A stretch of DNA of 64,000 bases from positions 43,677-107,676 of the forward strand of contig CAYSGH010000001.1 in assembly GCA_964430505.1 (NCBI GenBank), read 5' to 3'. The notes under the pieces are model-generated. The model was not told where the DNA came from. It saw nothing but the letters and a program-made list of their open reading frames with translations, and made no database searches. Of the stretch, positions 9,153 through 18,084 are shown in pieces. Source of the stretch: an uncultured Akkermansia sp. Lineage in GTDB: Bacteria; Verrucomicrobiota; Verrucomicrobiia; Limisphaerales; UBA9464. Numbering within the stretch: position 1 is the first letter of the stretch; each line of letters opens with the position of its first letter. The translations under genes were made by a program, and so were the position numbers.

Positions 9153-10463
9153 ATGGGGAACGCGTATGGGTTCGCGGTCCTGAACGCGCTGTCGTTCCAG
9201 ATGGTGCTGGGCGGCCCCATGGTCTTGTACGCGAAGTCGCTGGGGGCGTCGGCGACCGTCCTTGGGTTGGTGGCGGGCTTGATGCCCATCATGACGGTGG
9301 CGCAGTTGCCGGCCGCGCGATTCATCCCGCGCGTGGGCTACAAGCGGTTCGTGGTGGGCGGCTGGACGACGCGGGTGATGTTCATCGTGGGCATGGCGCT
9401 GGTGCCGCTGGCGGGGGCCTGGCTCAACGAGGGCTCGCGCCTGGCGTTGGTCATGGCGTTGTTGTTCGCGTTCAACCTGTCGCGCGGCATTTCGAGCTGC
9501 GCGTGGCTCCCCTGGATCACGCACCTGGTGCCCGCCGCCATCCGCGCCCGTTTCCTCGGGATCGACCAGGCATGCGTGAACGCCGCAAGCGCCCTGGCCT
9601 TCGTCCTGGCGGCCGTGTTGCTGGGCACGCAGGCGTCCCCGGGCCGCTTCGCATGGGTCTTCGCCCTGAGCGCGGCGGCCGGCTTCGGCAGCCTCCTCTT
9701 CCTGCGGCGCATGCCGGACGCGCCCGTTCCCGCCGAGGACGACACCGGCAAGGGCCCTGTCCCGTGGGGCGCGCTGGCCGCGCACCCGCCGTTTCGCCGT
9801 CTCCTGGAACTCAACGCGGCATGGTCGCTGGCCTACGGCGGGCTCACGACCTTCATCGTGGCGTTCCTGAAGTCGGCGGCCGGCATGGGCGAGCGCACCG
9901 TGCTGCTGGTGATGTCCTTGTCCTTCGTGGGCGGCCTCGCCTCGTATGCGGTTGCGGCCGGGCGCATGGAACGACTGGGCTCCAAGCCCGTGCTGGGACT
10001 CACGATGGCCATGGGAATAATGGCCACGATGGGCTGGACCCTGGTGGCCGGCGGCGTGGCCGGTGCGGGCGTGGCATGGCCCTGCGTCCTCGCGCTCATG
10101 GTCGGGCTCTGCAACGCATTGTTCAGCGTGGCCAACAACCGGCTCGCCATGGCCATCGTCCCCGCCATGGGCCGGAACCACTTCTTCGCGCTGTTCGCCG
10201 TCGTGTGGCAGTTGACGCTCGGCGTCTCCCCCGTCCTGTGGGGGGTGATGCTGGACGCCGTGGGCGATCGCTCGGGCCCTTGGCTCGGAATCACCTGGAA
10301 CCGTTACTCTGTCTTCTTCGGGCTGGCCTGCGCCGCCTTTGCCTGGGCCTTCCACCTGGCGCGACGACTGCAAGAGCCCAAGGCGGCCGGGGCCGACGCC
10401 CTCCTGCGCGAGTTGCTCGTCCAAAACCCGCAACGGTGGCTCGTGCGGATGTTTGGGAGGTGA
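9153..10463 (+). CDS. MFS transporter
   Basis: ORF 9075..10463 starts at a TTG. The first in-frame ATG is at 9153 (MGNAYGFAVLNAL...). About 12 hydrophobic segments are visible, consistent with an MFS transporter. Confidence 0.75.
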   Translation: MGNAYGFAVLNALSFQMVLGGPMVLYAKSLGASATVLGLVAGLMPIMTVAQLPAARFIPRVGYKRFVVGGWTTRVMFIVGMALVPLAGAWLNEGSRLALVMALLFAFNLSRGISSCAWLPWITHLVPAAIRARFLGIDQACVNAASALAFVLAAVLLGTQASPGRFAWVFALSAAAGFGSLLFLRRMPDAPVPAEDDTGKGPVPWGALAAHPPFRRLLELNAAWSLAYGGLTTFIVAFLKSAAGMGERTVLLVMSLSFVGGLASYAVAAGRMERLGSKPVLGLTMAMGIMATMGWTLVAGGVAGAGVAWPCVLALMVGLCNALFSVANNRLAMAIVPAMGRNHFFALFAVVWQLTLGVSPVLWGVMLDAVGDRSGPWLGITWNRYSVFFGLACAAFAWAFHLARRLQEPKAAGADALLRELLVQNPQRWLVRMFGR

Positions 10464-10570
10464 AGGGCTCGCGCGGGGCGGGCGGGATACGCCCTGCCTA
10501 GGCTTCTCGCCATGGCACGGCCGCCACCAAGGCGAACGAGCCATGCGGCACGATTGACCCCGGGTGCCGG

Positions 10571-11641
10571 ATGGATGAAAAAACGGGCATGGCATGGACG
10601 GTCGTTGAGATGTGCGCGGGAGGGGGCGGGCAAATGATCGGACTGCACCGGGCTGGGTTTGAGTGCTTGGCTGCGGTGGAGTTGGATCCCCATGCCTGCG
10701 ACACGCTGCGTGCCAGCGGCATTCCAAGCCGGGTGATTGAGGACGACCTCCGGGCCGTCGGTGGACGGGAGTTCTCGGGCGTGGACCTGCTGGCGGGAGG
10801 GGTGCCTTGCCCTCCCTTCTCCAAGGCTGGCAAGCAACTGGGGCGCGAGGACCAACGCGACCTGTTTCCGGAGGCTTTGAGGCTGGTGCGGGAAATCCGG
10901 CCGCGCGGCGTCATGCTCGAGAACGTGCCCGGCTTCGCCGAGGCCAAGTTTTCGGGCTACCGAGGCGAGCTTCAGCGCGAGCTGAGCGCCATGGGTTATT
11001 CGTCGGAATGGCGGATCCTCCAATCCTCCGACTTTGATGTTCCACAGCTCCGCCCGCGATTCGTGCTGGTGGCGCTGATGCCCGCCGACATGGACTGCTT
11101 CCAATGGCCCGAGGGCACGCGAACACCCAGGACCGTGGGCGAGACGTTGGCGGGCGTGATGGGTTCGCGGGGATGGCGCGGTACCGGCCAGTGGACGGAA
11201 AAGGCCAACCGCATTGCGCCCACGGTCGTGGGCGGTTCCAAGTTGCATGGCGGCCCGGACCTCGGCCCCACACGGGCCAAGCGCCAGTGGCGGGAGTTGC
11301 ACGTGGACGGGATGGGCATCGCCAACGCGCCTCCCGAGGCGATGGCGCCCCCAGATCTGATGCCCCGGTTGACTGTTGGGATGGTGGCGCTCCTGCAAAG
11401 CTTCCCAGAGGACTGGCGTTTCTCGGGAGGCAAGACAGCCCAGTACCGTCAGGTCGGCAATGCGTTTCCCCCGAAGGTTGCCTGTGCGGTCGCCTCGTCC
11501 ATCCGCCGCGCATGGAGCGGAGGCGCATGGTCCCCGGAGTTTGGGTACTTCCAGTTCGAGTCACGGCTTTGCGATGCGCCCCGGAACCTGATCGAGGGCA
11601 AGGCATCGAGACGACGTCCCACGCAACGTGCGCTTCCATGA
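10571..11641 (+). CDS. DNA (cytosine-5)-methyltransferase, type II R-M modification subunit
   Basis: C5-MTase motifs in order: motif I EMCAGGGG, motif IV GGVPCPPFS, motif VI MLENVPGF, motifs IX/X QSFPEDWRF...QYRQVGNAFPP. Its stop overlaps the start of the next gene (ATGA at 11638-11641). Confidence 0.9.
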   Translation: MDEKTGMAWTVVEMCAGGGGQMIGLHRAGFECLAAVELDPHACDTLRASGIPSRVIEDDLRAVGGREFSGVDLLAGGVPCPPFSKAGKQLGREDQRDLFPEALRLVREIRPRGVMLENVPGFAEAKFSGYRGELQRELSAMGYSSEWRILQSSDFDVPQLRPRFVLVALMPADMDCFQWPEGTRTPRTVGETLAGVMGSRGWRGTGQWTEKANRIAPTVVGGSKLHGGPDLGPTRAKRQWRELHVDGMGIANAPPEAMAPPDLMPRLTVGMVALLQSFPEDWRFSGGKTAQYRQVGNAFPPKVACAVASSIRRAWSGGAWSPEFGYFQFESRLCDAPRNLIEGKASRRRPTQRALP

Positions 11642-12495
11642 AACGATCCCTCCTCCAGGTCCAACGACAGGCTTTCCACGCCGACCTGGTTGCCGAGACC
11701 TTGGTCATCGATGAAAACGGCAATGCGTCGATATCCGACACGTCCCAGGCACTGAGCCGGAAACTGGGCCTCGGCTTGGCGAGGCGGCTCGGGGCCAAAG
11801 CCTCGGGCAAGCTCAAGGGGCAAACAGCCGGGAAGAACTTCGAGGCTGCCGTTGCGAGCTTTTTGCGAAGGACCTTCCCCAAGCTGGACGCACTCAGGCC
11901 GGGACGATGGGAGATCCAGGAACTGGGTCAGGCCGGGCATGAGGGCATCACGGGCACCGAGCAGTTCCAGCATCTGTTGGCGATTCGTGAGGCCTGCGAG
12001 CGGGATCCGGAGCTCCAGGTGACCTTGGGTTCCGATTACCTCATCATGCCGGACATCCTCGTCGTCCGTCGTCCCGAGCCTGATGAGGTGATCAATCGCC
12101 ATGGCTGGATGGTGGACCCCACGATTGCACGGAGGACCCCCATTCGGTCGTTGAACAGTGAACTCCCGATTGCCCACGCGAGCGTCTCGTGCAAGTGGAC
12201 GATCCGAAGCGACCGGGCCCAAAACTCCCGTTCGGAGGCCCTGAACCTGATTCGCAACCGCAAGGGGCGTCTGCCGCATATCGCCGTCGTCACCGCCGAG
12301 CCTACTCCCTCGCGGATTTCATCCCTTGCCCTTGGGACCGGCGACATTGACTGCGTCTATCACTTCGCTCTGCCCGAGCTTGAGGAGGAGGTGCAGGCCG
12401 CCGGGGATGAAACCGGGATGGACCTCCTGAAGATGATGGTCGAGGGGCGTCGCCTTCGTGACATTGCCGACCTGCCGTTGGACCTCGCCGTGTAA
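11638..12495 (+). CDS. Type II restriction endonuclease, NgoMIV/Cfr10I/Bse634I family (probable GCCGGC specificity)
   Basis: Internal ATG at 11638 within ORF 11104..12495 gives 285 aa. The PDILVV ... SVSCKWTIRSDRAQNSRSEALNLIRNRKGRLPHIAVVTAEPTPSRISSLALGTGDIDCVYHFAL ... DLPLDLAV block closely matches my memory of NgoMIV, including the S-x-K active-site variant. Confidence 0.8.
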   Translation: MKRSLLQVQRQAFHADLVAETLVIDENGNASISDTSQALSRKLGLGLARRLGAKASGKLKGQTAGKNFEAAVASFLRRTFPKLDALRPGRWEIQELGQAGHEGITGTEQFQHLLAIREACERDPELQVTLGSDYLIMPDILVVRRPEPDEVINRHGWMVDPTIARRTPIRSLNSELPIAHASVSCKWTIRSDRAQNSRSEALNLIRNRKGRLPHIAVVTAEPTPSRISSLALGTGDIDCVYHFALPELEEEVQAAGDETGMDLLKMMVEGRRLRDIADLPLDLAV

Positions 12496-12572
12496 GCCGC
12501 GCCCCGGAGAACAAGCTTCCCGAACGGCGAGCCGTGGGTAGCATTTCGCGCGAACTACGCACACGAGAGCAC

Positions 12573-13841
12573 ATGAACACCGTCACTGCCCTGAAGACCG
12601 TCAAGGGATCCACGAAGAGCAAGGTTGAGGCCGAGTTGTCGCGCACGGGCGGCCTGCTGCGGCTGGCCCCGGCCTGGGTGCCGCGCTCGTTCCTCCAGCC
12701 CGGCCTGCGCCTGAAGCTGCATCCGGACGACACCTACGCCTTCGGCGCGAACCGCGGCGGCATCGACGAGCGCTGGTTCGCCTCCACCACCGAGGCCGCC
12801 AACGAGGGACGCGTGCCGGACGAGGGCCTCTCCTACGTCGTGGTGGGCAAGGAACGCTTCACGCTGCGCAAGGCGGTCGAGGACGTCGGGGCCGGGCTCG
12901 TGGGCAAGGACATCTGGCGCCAGTACGGCCGCTGGCCCGTGTACTCCAAGTTCTTCGACAACATGGGCCCCATCCCGCACCACATGCACCAGAGCGCCAA
13001 GCAGGCCAAGCTCGTGGGCCAGGAGGGCAAGCCGGAGTCCTACTACTTCCCGCCCCAGCACAACAACGTGGGCAACAACTTCCCCTACACCTTCATGGGC
13101 CTCGAGCCCGGGACCACCAAGGCCCAGGTCCGCAAGTGCCTCGAGGACTGGAACAAGGGCGACAACGGCATCCTCGACCTCTCCCGCGCCTATCGCCTCA
13201 AGCCCGGCACCGGCTGGCTCATCGACCCCTGCGTCCTCCACGCCCCCGGCTCCCTCTGCACCTACGAGCCCCAATGGGGCAGCGACGTGTTCGGCATGTA
13301 CCAAAGCATGGTCGAGGGCCGCTACGTCCCCTGGAGCCTCCTCGTCAAGGACATGCCCAAGTCCAAGCACAAGGACCTCGACTTCATCGTGGACCAGCTC
13401 GACTGGGACAAGAACACGGACCCCAACTTCAAGGACAACCACTACCTCGAGCCCGTGCCCGTGGCCGACACCCGGGCCGGTGGCTACGTGGACCGCTGGA
13501 TCGTGTACGGCAAGATCGACGGCGAGCAGTTGTTCACCGCCAAGGAGCTCACCGTCGAGCCCGGCCGCTCCTGCACGATCCGCGACACCGGCGCCTACGG
13601 CCTCATCTGCGTCCAGGGCACCGGCAAGATCAACGGCCAGCCCCTCAACAGCCCCAAACTCATCCGCTTCCACGAGCTCACCGAGGACGAGTACTTCTGC
13701 ACCGAGGACGGCGCCAAGGCCGGCGTCACCTTCGAGAACACCAGCGCCACCGAGCCCCTCGTTACCCTCCGCTACTTCGGGCCCGAGGTGAACCCCGACG
13801 CCCCCGCCATGGGCGCCTACCGCAAGAACACGTTCAACTGA
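12573..13841 (+). CDS. Conserved hypothetical protein, cupin / class I phosphomannose-isomerase-like
   Basis: ORF 12534..13841 starts at GTG; ATG at 12573. SKFFDNMGPIPHHMHQ and ESYYFPPQ resemble the metal-site region of PMI-type cupins. A C-terminal beta-rich region ends in VTLRYFGPE. The function call is weak. Confidence 0.45.
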   Translation: MNTVTALKTVKGSTKSKVEAELSRTGGLLRLAPAWVPRSFLQPGLRLKLHPDDTYAFGANRGGIDERWFASTTEAANEGRVPDEGLSYVVVGKERFTLRKAVEDVGAGLVGKDIWRQYGRWPVYSKFFDNMGPIPHHMHQSAKQAKLVGQEGKPESYYFPPQHNNVGNNFPYTFMGLEPGTTKAQVRKCLEDWNKGDNGILDLSRAYRLKPGTGWLIDPCVLHAPGSLCTYEPQWGSDVFGMYQSMVEGRYVPWSLLVKDMPKSKHKDLDFIVDQLDWDKNTDPNFKDNHYLEPVPVADTRAGGYVDRWIVYGKIDGEQLFTAKELTVEPGRSCTIRDTGAYGLICVQGTGKINGQPLNSPKLIRFHELTEDEYFCTEDGAKAGVTFENTSATEPLVTLRYFGPEVNPDAPAMGAYRKNTFN

Positions 13842-13861
13842 CGGCACGCGCCCGGAACCCC

Positions 13862-14605
13862 ATGGACGCTCCCCACGACCGTCCCCACGCACCGGGCCCA
13901 CCGTCCGTCCCGGGTGACGCGGCGCCCCTCCTCGAGTTGCGCCGCGTCACCAAGTCCTACCAGCCCGAGGGCGACGCCCCGCCCCTGGCCGTCCTCCGCG
14001 ACGCTTCCCTCCTCGTCCGCAAGGGCGAGGCCGTCGCCATCATCGGCCCCTCCGGCTCCGGCAAGAGCACGCTGCTCAACGTCGCGGGAACCCTCGACCG
14101 GCCCGACGCCGGCGAGGTGTGGCTCGACGGCCAAAACCTCGCCGGCCTCGACGACGACGCCCTCGCCGCCGTCCGCCGCGACCGCCTCGGCTTCGTCTTC
14201 CAGTCCCATCACCTCCTCCCGCATTGCACCGTGCTGGAGAACGTCCTCGTGCCCGTCCTCGCTGGCCATCCCGCCGCCCCCGCCGCCGCCATCGAACGCG
14301 CCCGCGCGCTGCTCGAACGCGTCGGGCTCTCGGGCCGCATCGATCACTTGCCCGGCCGCCTCTCCGGCGGCGAGCGCCAGCGCGTCGCCCTCGTCCGCGC
14401 CCTCGTGCCCTCCCCTGCCCTGCTGCTTGCCGACGAGCCCACCGGCGCCCTCGACGCCGCGTCGGCCCGCGAGGTGGGGCGGCTGCTGCGCGAGGTGAAC
14501 CAGCGCGACGGCGTCACGCTCCTCGTCGTCACCCATTCCCGCGAGCTCGCCGCCAGCCTCGGGCGCATCCTCGAAATGCGCGACGGCCAGCTCGTCCCGG
14601 CCTGA
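13862..14605 (+). CDS. ABC transporter ATP-binding protein (LolD/MacB type)
   Basis: Internal ATG at 13862 of ORF 13136..14605. Walker A GPSGSGKST, signature LSGGERQR, Walker B LLLADEPTGALD. Confidence 0.85.
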   Translation: MDAPHDRPHAPGPPSVPGDAAPLLELRRVTKSYQPEGDAPPLAVLRDASLLVRKGEAVAIIGPSGSGKSTLLNVAGTLDRPDAGEVWLDGQNLAGLDDDALAAVRRDRLGFVFQSHHLLPHCTVLENVLVPVLAGHPAAPAAAIERARALLERVGLSGRIDHLPGRLSGGERQRVALVRALVPSPALLLADEPTGALDAASAREVGRLLREVNQRDGVTLLVVTHSRELAASLGRILEMRDGQLVPA

Positions 14606-14612
14606 CCCGCCG

Positions 14613-17600
14613 ATGAACCCGATCCGCCTCGTCCTGCGCGGCCTCGCCTTCCACGCGCGGTCCCACCTCGGCATCGTCGCCGGTTCCGCCGTCGCCACCG
14701 CCGTCCTCGTCGGGGCCATGGTCGTGGGCGACTCGCTCAAGGCCGAGCTGCGCCGCCGCGCCCTGTTGCGCCTGGGTCCGGTCGTGGCCGCCCATGACGG
14801 GAGGGACCGCTTCCTCGCCACGTCGGGAACGAACGTCGGCGCTGCCCGGCCGGGCTGGGCCGCCGTGGTACGCCTGCCCAGCATGGTCGCGCGCCAAGAT
14901 GGTTCCGCACGCGCCAACCGCGTCCAGGTGCTGGGCATCGACGACGCGTTCCTCGACCTCGGAGGCCCTGCCCGGTCCGGGTTGCCCACCGACGATGGCG
15001 TGTGGCTCAACGCCGCCCTCGCCGCCCGGCTCGGGGCCAAGGAGGGCGACGCCCTCGTCGTGCGCCTCCACAAGCCCGGCGCGTTGTCCATGGACGCCAT
15101 CGTGTCCCCCCGCGACGACGCCAGCGTGGCACTCCGTGCGCGCGTCGAACGCATCCTGACGGACGCGGACGGCGGAGCCTTCGACTTGTCCGTGGGCCAT
15201 GGCGAAACCCTCAACGCCTTCGTCCGACGCGACCTGTTGCAGCGCGTCTCGGGGCTGGGCGACCGCGCCAACGTCCTCCTTCATGCGTCGGATCCAGGCA
15301 GGGTCGGCACCGTGACCGACGACGCACAGGCGGCCGCCGAGGCCGCCGCGCGGCGGGTCCAATCCGAGGCCACGCTGGACGACATGGAGCTGACGGTGCG
15401 CGTCGTGCGGCCACCCTTGAACCAGACGGGAGGCGAGCCCGCGCCCGTGGCGGTGGAGCTGGCGACGCGGCGCATCTTCCTGGAGGAACCCGTGGCCCGC
15501 GCGGCCCTCGCAACGCGGCCGACCGGCATCGAGCCGCAGCCCGTGGCCACCTACCTTGTCAACACGCTGCGCTCCGGCGACCGCATGGCCCCCTACTCCA
15601 TGGTCGCCGCGACCCGTGCCCCCGAGGCGCCCGCAGACCTGCGCGAGGACGAGGTCGTCGTGAACGATTGGCTGGCCAAGGATCTCGGCATCGCCGCGGG
15701 CGCAACGCTCGCGATGAGCTACTACGAGGCCGACAGCGCCGCACGCCTCGTGGAGCGCACCAACGTGTTCCGCGTGCGGTCGGTCGTGCCGATGCGCGGG
15801 GCCTGGGCGGACCGCACGCTGATGCCGGAGTTCCCGGGGCTTTCCAAGGCCGAGAGCACGCACGACTGGGACGCCGGGTTCGACCTCGTTCACAAGATCC
15901 GCGACCAGGACGAGGCCTATTGGAAGGAATGGCGCGGCACGCCCAAGGCATGGATCCACCCGGCGACGGGCTCACGGATGTGGTCGAACCGGTTCGGATC
16001 GTGGACGGCGGTGCGTTGGAGGGTGCCGGAGGGGCAGGACGCCGACGCCTTGGCCGCCACCGTCGCTCGGTCCATCCGCGAGGGTCTCCAGCCCGCGGAG
16101 GTGGGACTCGCGATGCGGCCGGTGCGAAGCGAGGCGTTGAACGGCGCGGCCACGGGCACGGCGCAGATGTTCGTGGGATTGTTCATTGGGTTCAGCCTGT
16201 TCCTCATCGTGTCGGCGCTCCTGCTGACGTCGTTGCTGTTCCGCTTTGGGATCGAGCAACGGGCGGGCGAGGTGGGCATCCTGCTGGCGCTGGGATGGAA
16301 GCCCGCGAAGGTGCGCCGACTGTTCCTGGGCGAGGGCGCGTTGCTGGCGTGCGTGGCGATGGTGCCCGGCGTGGCGCTGGGCCTGGGCTACGCGCGGGGC
16401 ATCCTGTGGGGCCTCAACCACGCGTGGAGCGACGCCATCGCCGGCCTGGGTGTCGGGTTCGAGCCCGGCATCGGGGCGGTGGCGGGCGGGGCCGGCGCCG
16501 GGGCGCTTGTGGGATTGATGGCGTTGGCGTGGACGTTGCGCGGCCTGGCCCGGCGCCCGGCGCGGGAGTTGTTGAACGAGGGCGCAGGCGGGGCCGCCAC
16601 CTCACCCATGCCTGGAACCACCCGGACCCTGCGCGTGCCATGGACGGCCCTGCTGTTCGCGTCGGGCGTCGGGATGATCGTGCTCGGATGGCGGGCCGAT
16701 GAGGCGGGGCGACCGGGCCTGTTCTTTGGCGCGGGGGCCCTCGTGATGGCGAGCACCCTCGCGGCCCTGCGGGGCGCATGGGGCAAGCCCCGTCGGCGGG
16801 TCGAGGGACTGTCGCTGGGCGGGTTGGCATGGCGGTCGCCGGGCCGGCGTCCGGGGCGTTCGCTGGCCACGGTCACGTTGCTGGCGTCGGCGACGTTCCT
16901 GATCGTGGCGTTGGCGGCATTTCGACTGGAGGCTCGACGCGAGGCCGGGCGGCGGCCGGGCGGCACGGGCGGGTTCACGCATTGGGTGGAGACGGCGTTG
17001 CCGGTGGCCCACGACGTCCGGACCGAGCAGGGACGCGATGCGGCGGGGCTGGCGGCGGCGGATGTCGAGGGCGTGGAGATGGTGCCCGTGCGGGTGCGCG
17101 ACGGCGACGACGCGAGCTGCCTGAACCTGAGCAAGGCGGCGCGGCCGCGGTTGCTGGGGGTGGACGCGGCCGTGTTGGCGGCGCGGGGCTCGTTTACGTT
17201 CGCCGCGTGGGCGAAGGGCGTGGACCCGAAGTCCGGCTGGCGTTGCCTGGAAGCGTCGGGTTCCGACGACGCGATCCCCGTGGTGGGCGACATGGCGTCG
17301 ATCCAGTACGCGTTGCAACGGCGCGTGGGGGACGTCCTGGAACTGGAGGACGGGCAAGGGAAGCCCATGCGGGTGCGGTTGGTGGGCGCGGTGCGCAACA
17401 GCACGTTGCAGGGAAGCCTGGTGATGTCGGAGGAGGCGTTCCGGCGGAGGTTTCCCGGGGAGTCGGGCTGGAGGATGTTCTGGCTGGAGGCTCCGGCGGC
17501 GCGGCAAGAGGCCGTGGGCAAGGGGTGGTCGCAGGCGTTGCGGGACCAAGGGTGCGAGGTGACGTCCACCGTGGCCCGGCTGGATCGGTTCAACGCGGTG

Positions 17601-17990
17601 CAGAACACGTACCTCGGGACGTTCCAGGTGCTGGGCGGACTAGGGTTGCTGCTGGGCAGCGCAGGGTTGGGGATCGTGGTGCTGCGCAACGTGCACGAGC
17701 GTCGGGGCGAGCTGGCGATCCTGCGGGCGATGGGCTTCGCGACACGACGCGTGCGCCGTCTGGTGTTGTGGGAACACGTGGCCCTCGTGTTGAACGGCCT
17801 GGGCCTTGGGATGGCGTCGGCGTGGATTGCCGTGGCGCCGGTGACGCTGGGGCCGGGCGGGTCGGGATTGCCCTGGGCGACGCTGGGGCCGGTGCTGGGG
17901 CTGGTGTTGGCCAACGGCCTTGCGTGGACGTGGCTGGCGACGCGGTGGGCTTGCCGAGGCGGCCTGTTGCAGGCGCTGCGCGGCGAGTAG
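14613..17990 (+). CDS. ABC transporter permease with duplicated FtsX/MacB-like modules (1125 aa)
   Basis: Starts 8 nt after the ATPase stop. Has an N-terminal TM helix, large extracytoplasmic regions and two clusters of FtsX-type TM helices (FVGLFIGFSLFLIVSALLL... and LGTFQVLGGLGLLLGSAGLGIVVLRNVHERRGELAILRAMGF). Confidence 0.8.
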   Translation: MNPIRLVLRGLAFHARSHLGIVAGSAVATAVLVGAMVVGDSLKAELRRRALLRLGPVVAAHDGRDRFLATSGTNVGAARPGWAAVVRLPSMVARQDGSARANRVQVLGIDDAFLDLGGPARSGLPTDDGVWLNAALAARLGAKEGDALVVRLHKPGALSMDAIVSPRDDASVALRARVERILTDADGGAFDLSVGHGETLNAFVRRDLLQRVSGLGDRANVLLHASDPGRVGTVTDDAQAAAEAAARRVQSEATLDDMELTVRVVRPPLNQTGGEPAPVAVELATRRIFLEEPVARAALATRPTGIEPQPVATYLVNTLRSGDRMAPYSMVAATRAPEAPADLREDEVVVNDWLAKDLGIAAGATLAMSYYEADSAARLVERTNVFRVRSVVPMRGAWADRTLMPEFPGLSKAESTHDWDAGFDLVHKIRDQDEAYWKEWRGTPKAWIHPATGSRMWSNRFGSWTAVRWRVPEGQDADALAATVARSIREGLQPAEVGLAMRPVRSEALNGAATGTAQMFVGLFIGFSLFLIVSALLLTSLLFRFGIEQRAGEVGILLALGWKPAKVRRLFLGEGALLACVAMVPGVALGLGYARGILWGLNHAWSDAIAGLGVGFEPGIGAVAGGAGAGALVGLMALAWTLRGLARRPARELLNEGAGGAATSPMPGTTRTLRVPWTALLFASGVGMIVLGWRADEAGRPGLFFGAGALVMASTLAALRGAWGKPRRRVEGLSLGGLAWRSPGRRPGRSLATVTLLASATFLIVALAAFRLEARREAGRRPGGTGGFTHWVETALPVAHDVRTEQGRDAAGLAAADVEGVEMVPVRVRDGDDASCLNLSKAARPRLLGVDAAVLAARGSFTFAAWAKGVDPKSGWRCLEASGSDDAIPVVGDMASIQYALQRRVGDVLELEDGQGKPMRVRLVGAVRNSTLQGSLVMSEEAFRRRFPGESGWRMFWLEAPAARQEAVGKGWSQALRDQGCEVTSTVARLDRFNAVQNTYLGTFQVLGGLGLLLGSAGLGIVVLRNVHERRGELAILRAMGFATRRVRRLVLWEHVALVLNGLGLGMASAWIAVAPVTLGPGGSGLPWATLGPVLGLVLANGLAWTWLATRWACRGGLLQALRGE

Positions 17991-18084
17991 CACCGGCCGT
18001 CGATCCGCACGAGGGGTACGGCGGCGGCCCGGCTGGCTCCGCGGCCGTGGACACCGAAAGGTCGTGTTTTTGGGGCTGGTCCGG

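Noticed and set aside
8814-10727. 637-aa minus-strand ORF across the MBL hydrolase 3' end and the whole MFS gene
   Set aside because: Low-complexity R/G/P/H-rich translation with no motifs. The opposite strand encodes a convincing 12-TM transporter.
18040-18071. T-run GTGTTTTTGGGG downstream of the FtsX permease gene (and a similar CCTTTTTCG at 38812-38819 after the kinase gene) as terminators
   Set aside because: No stable GC-rich hairpin immediately precedes either T-run; only 3-5 bp stems can be drawn.
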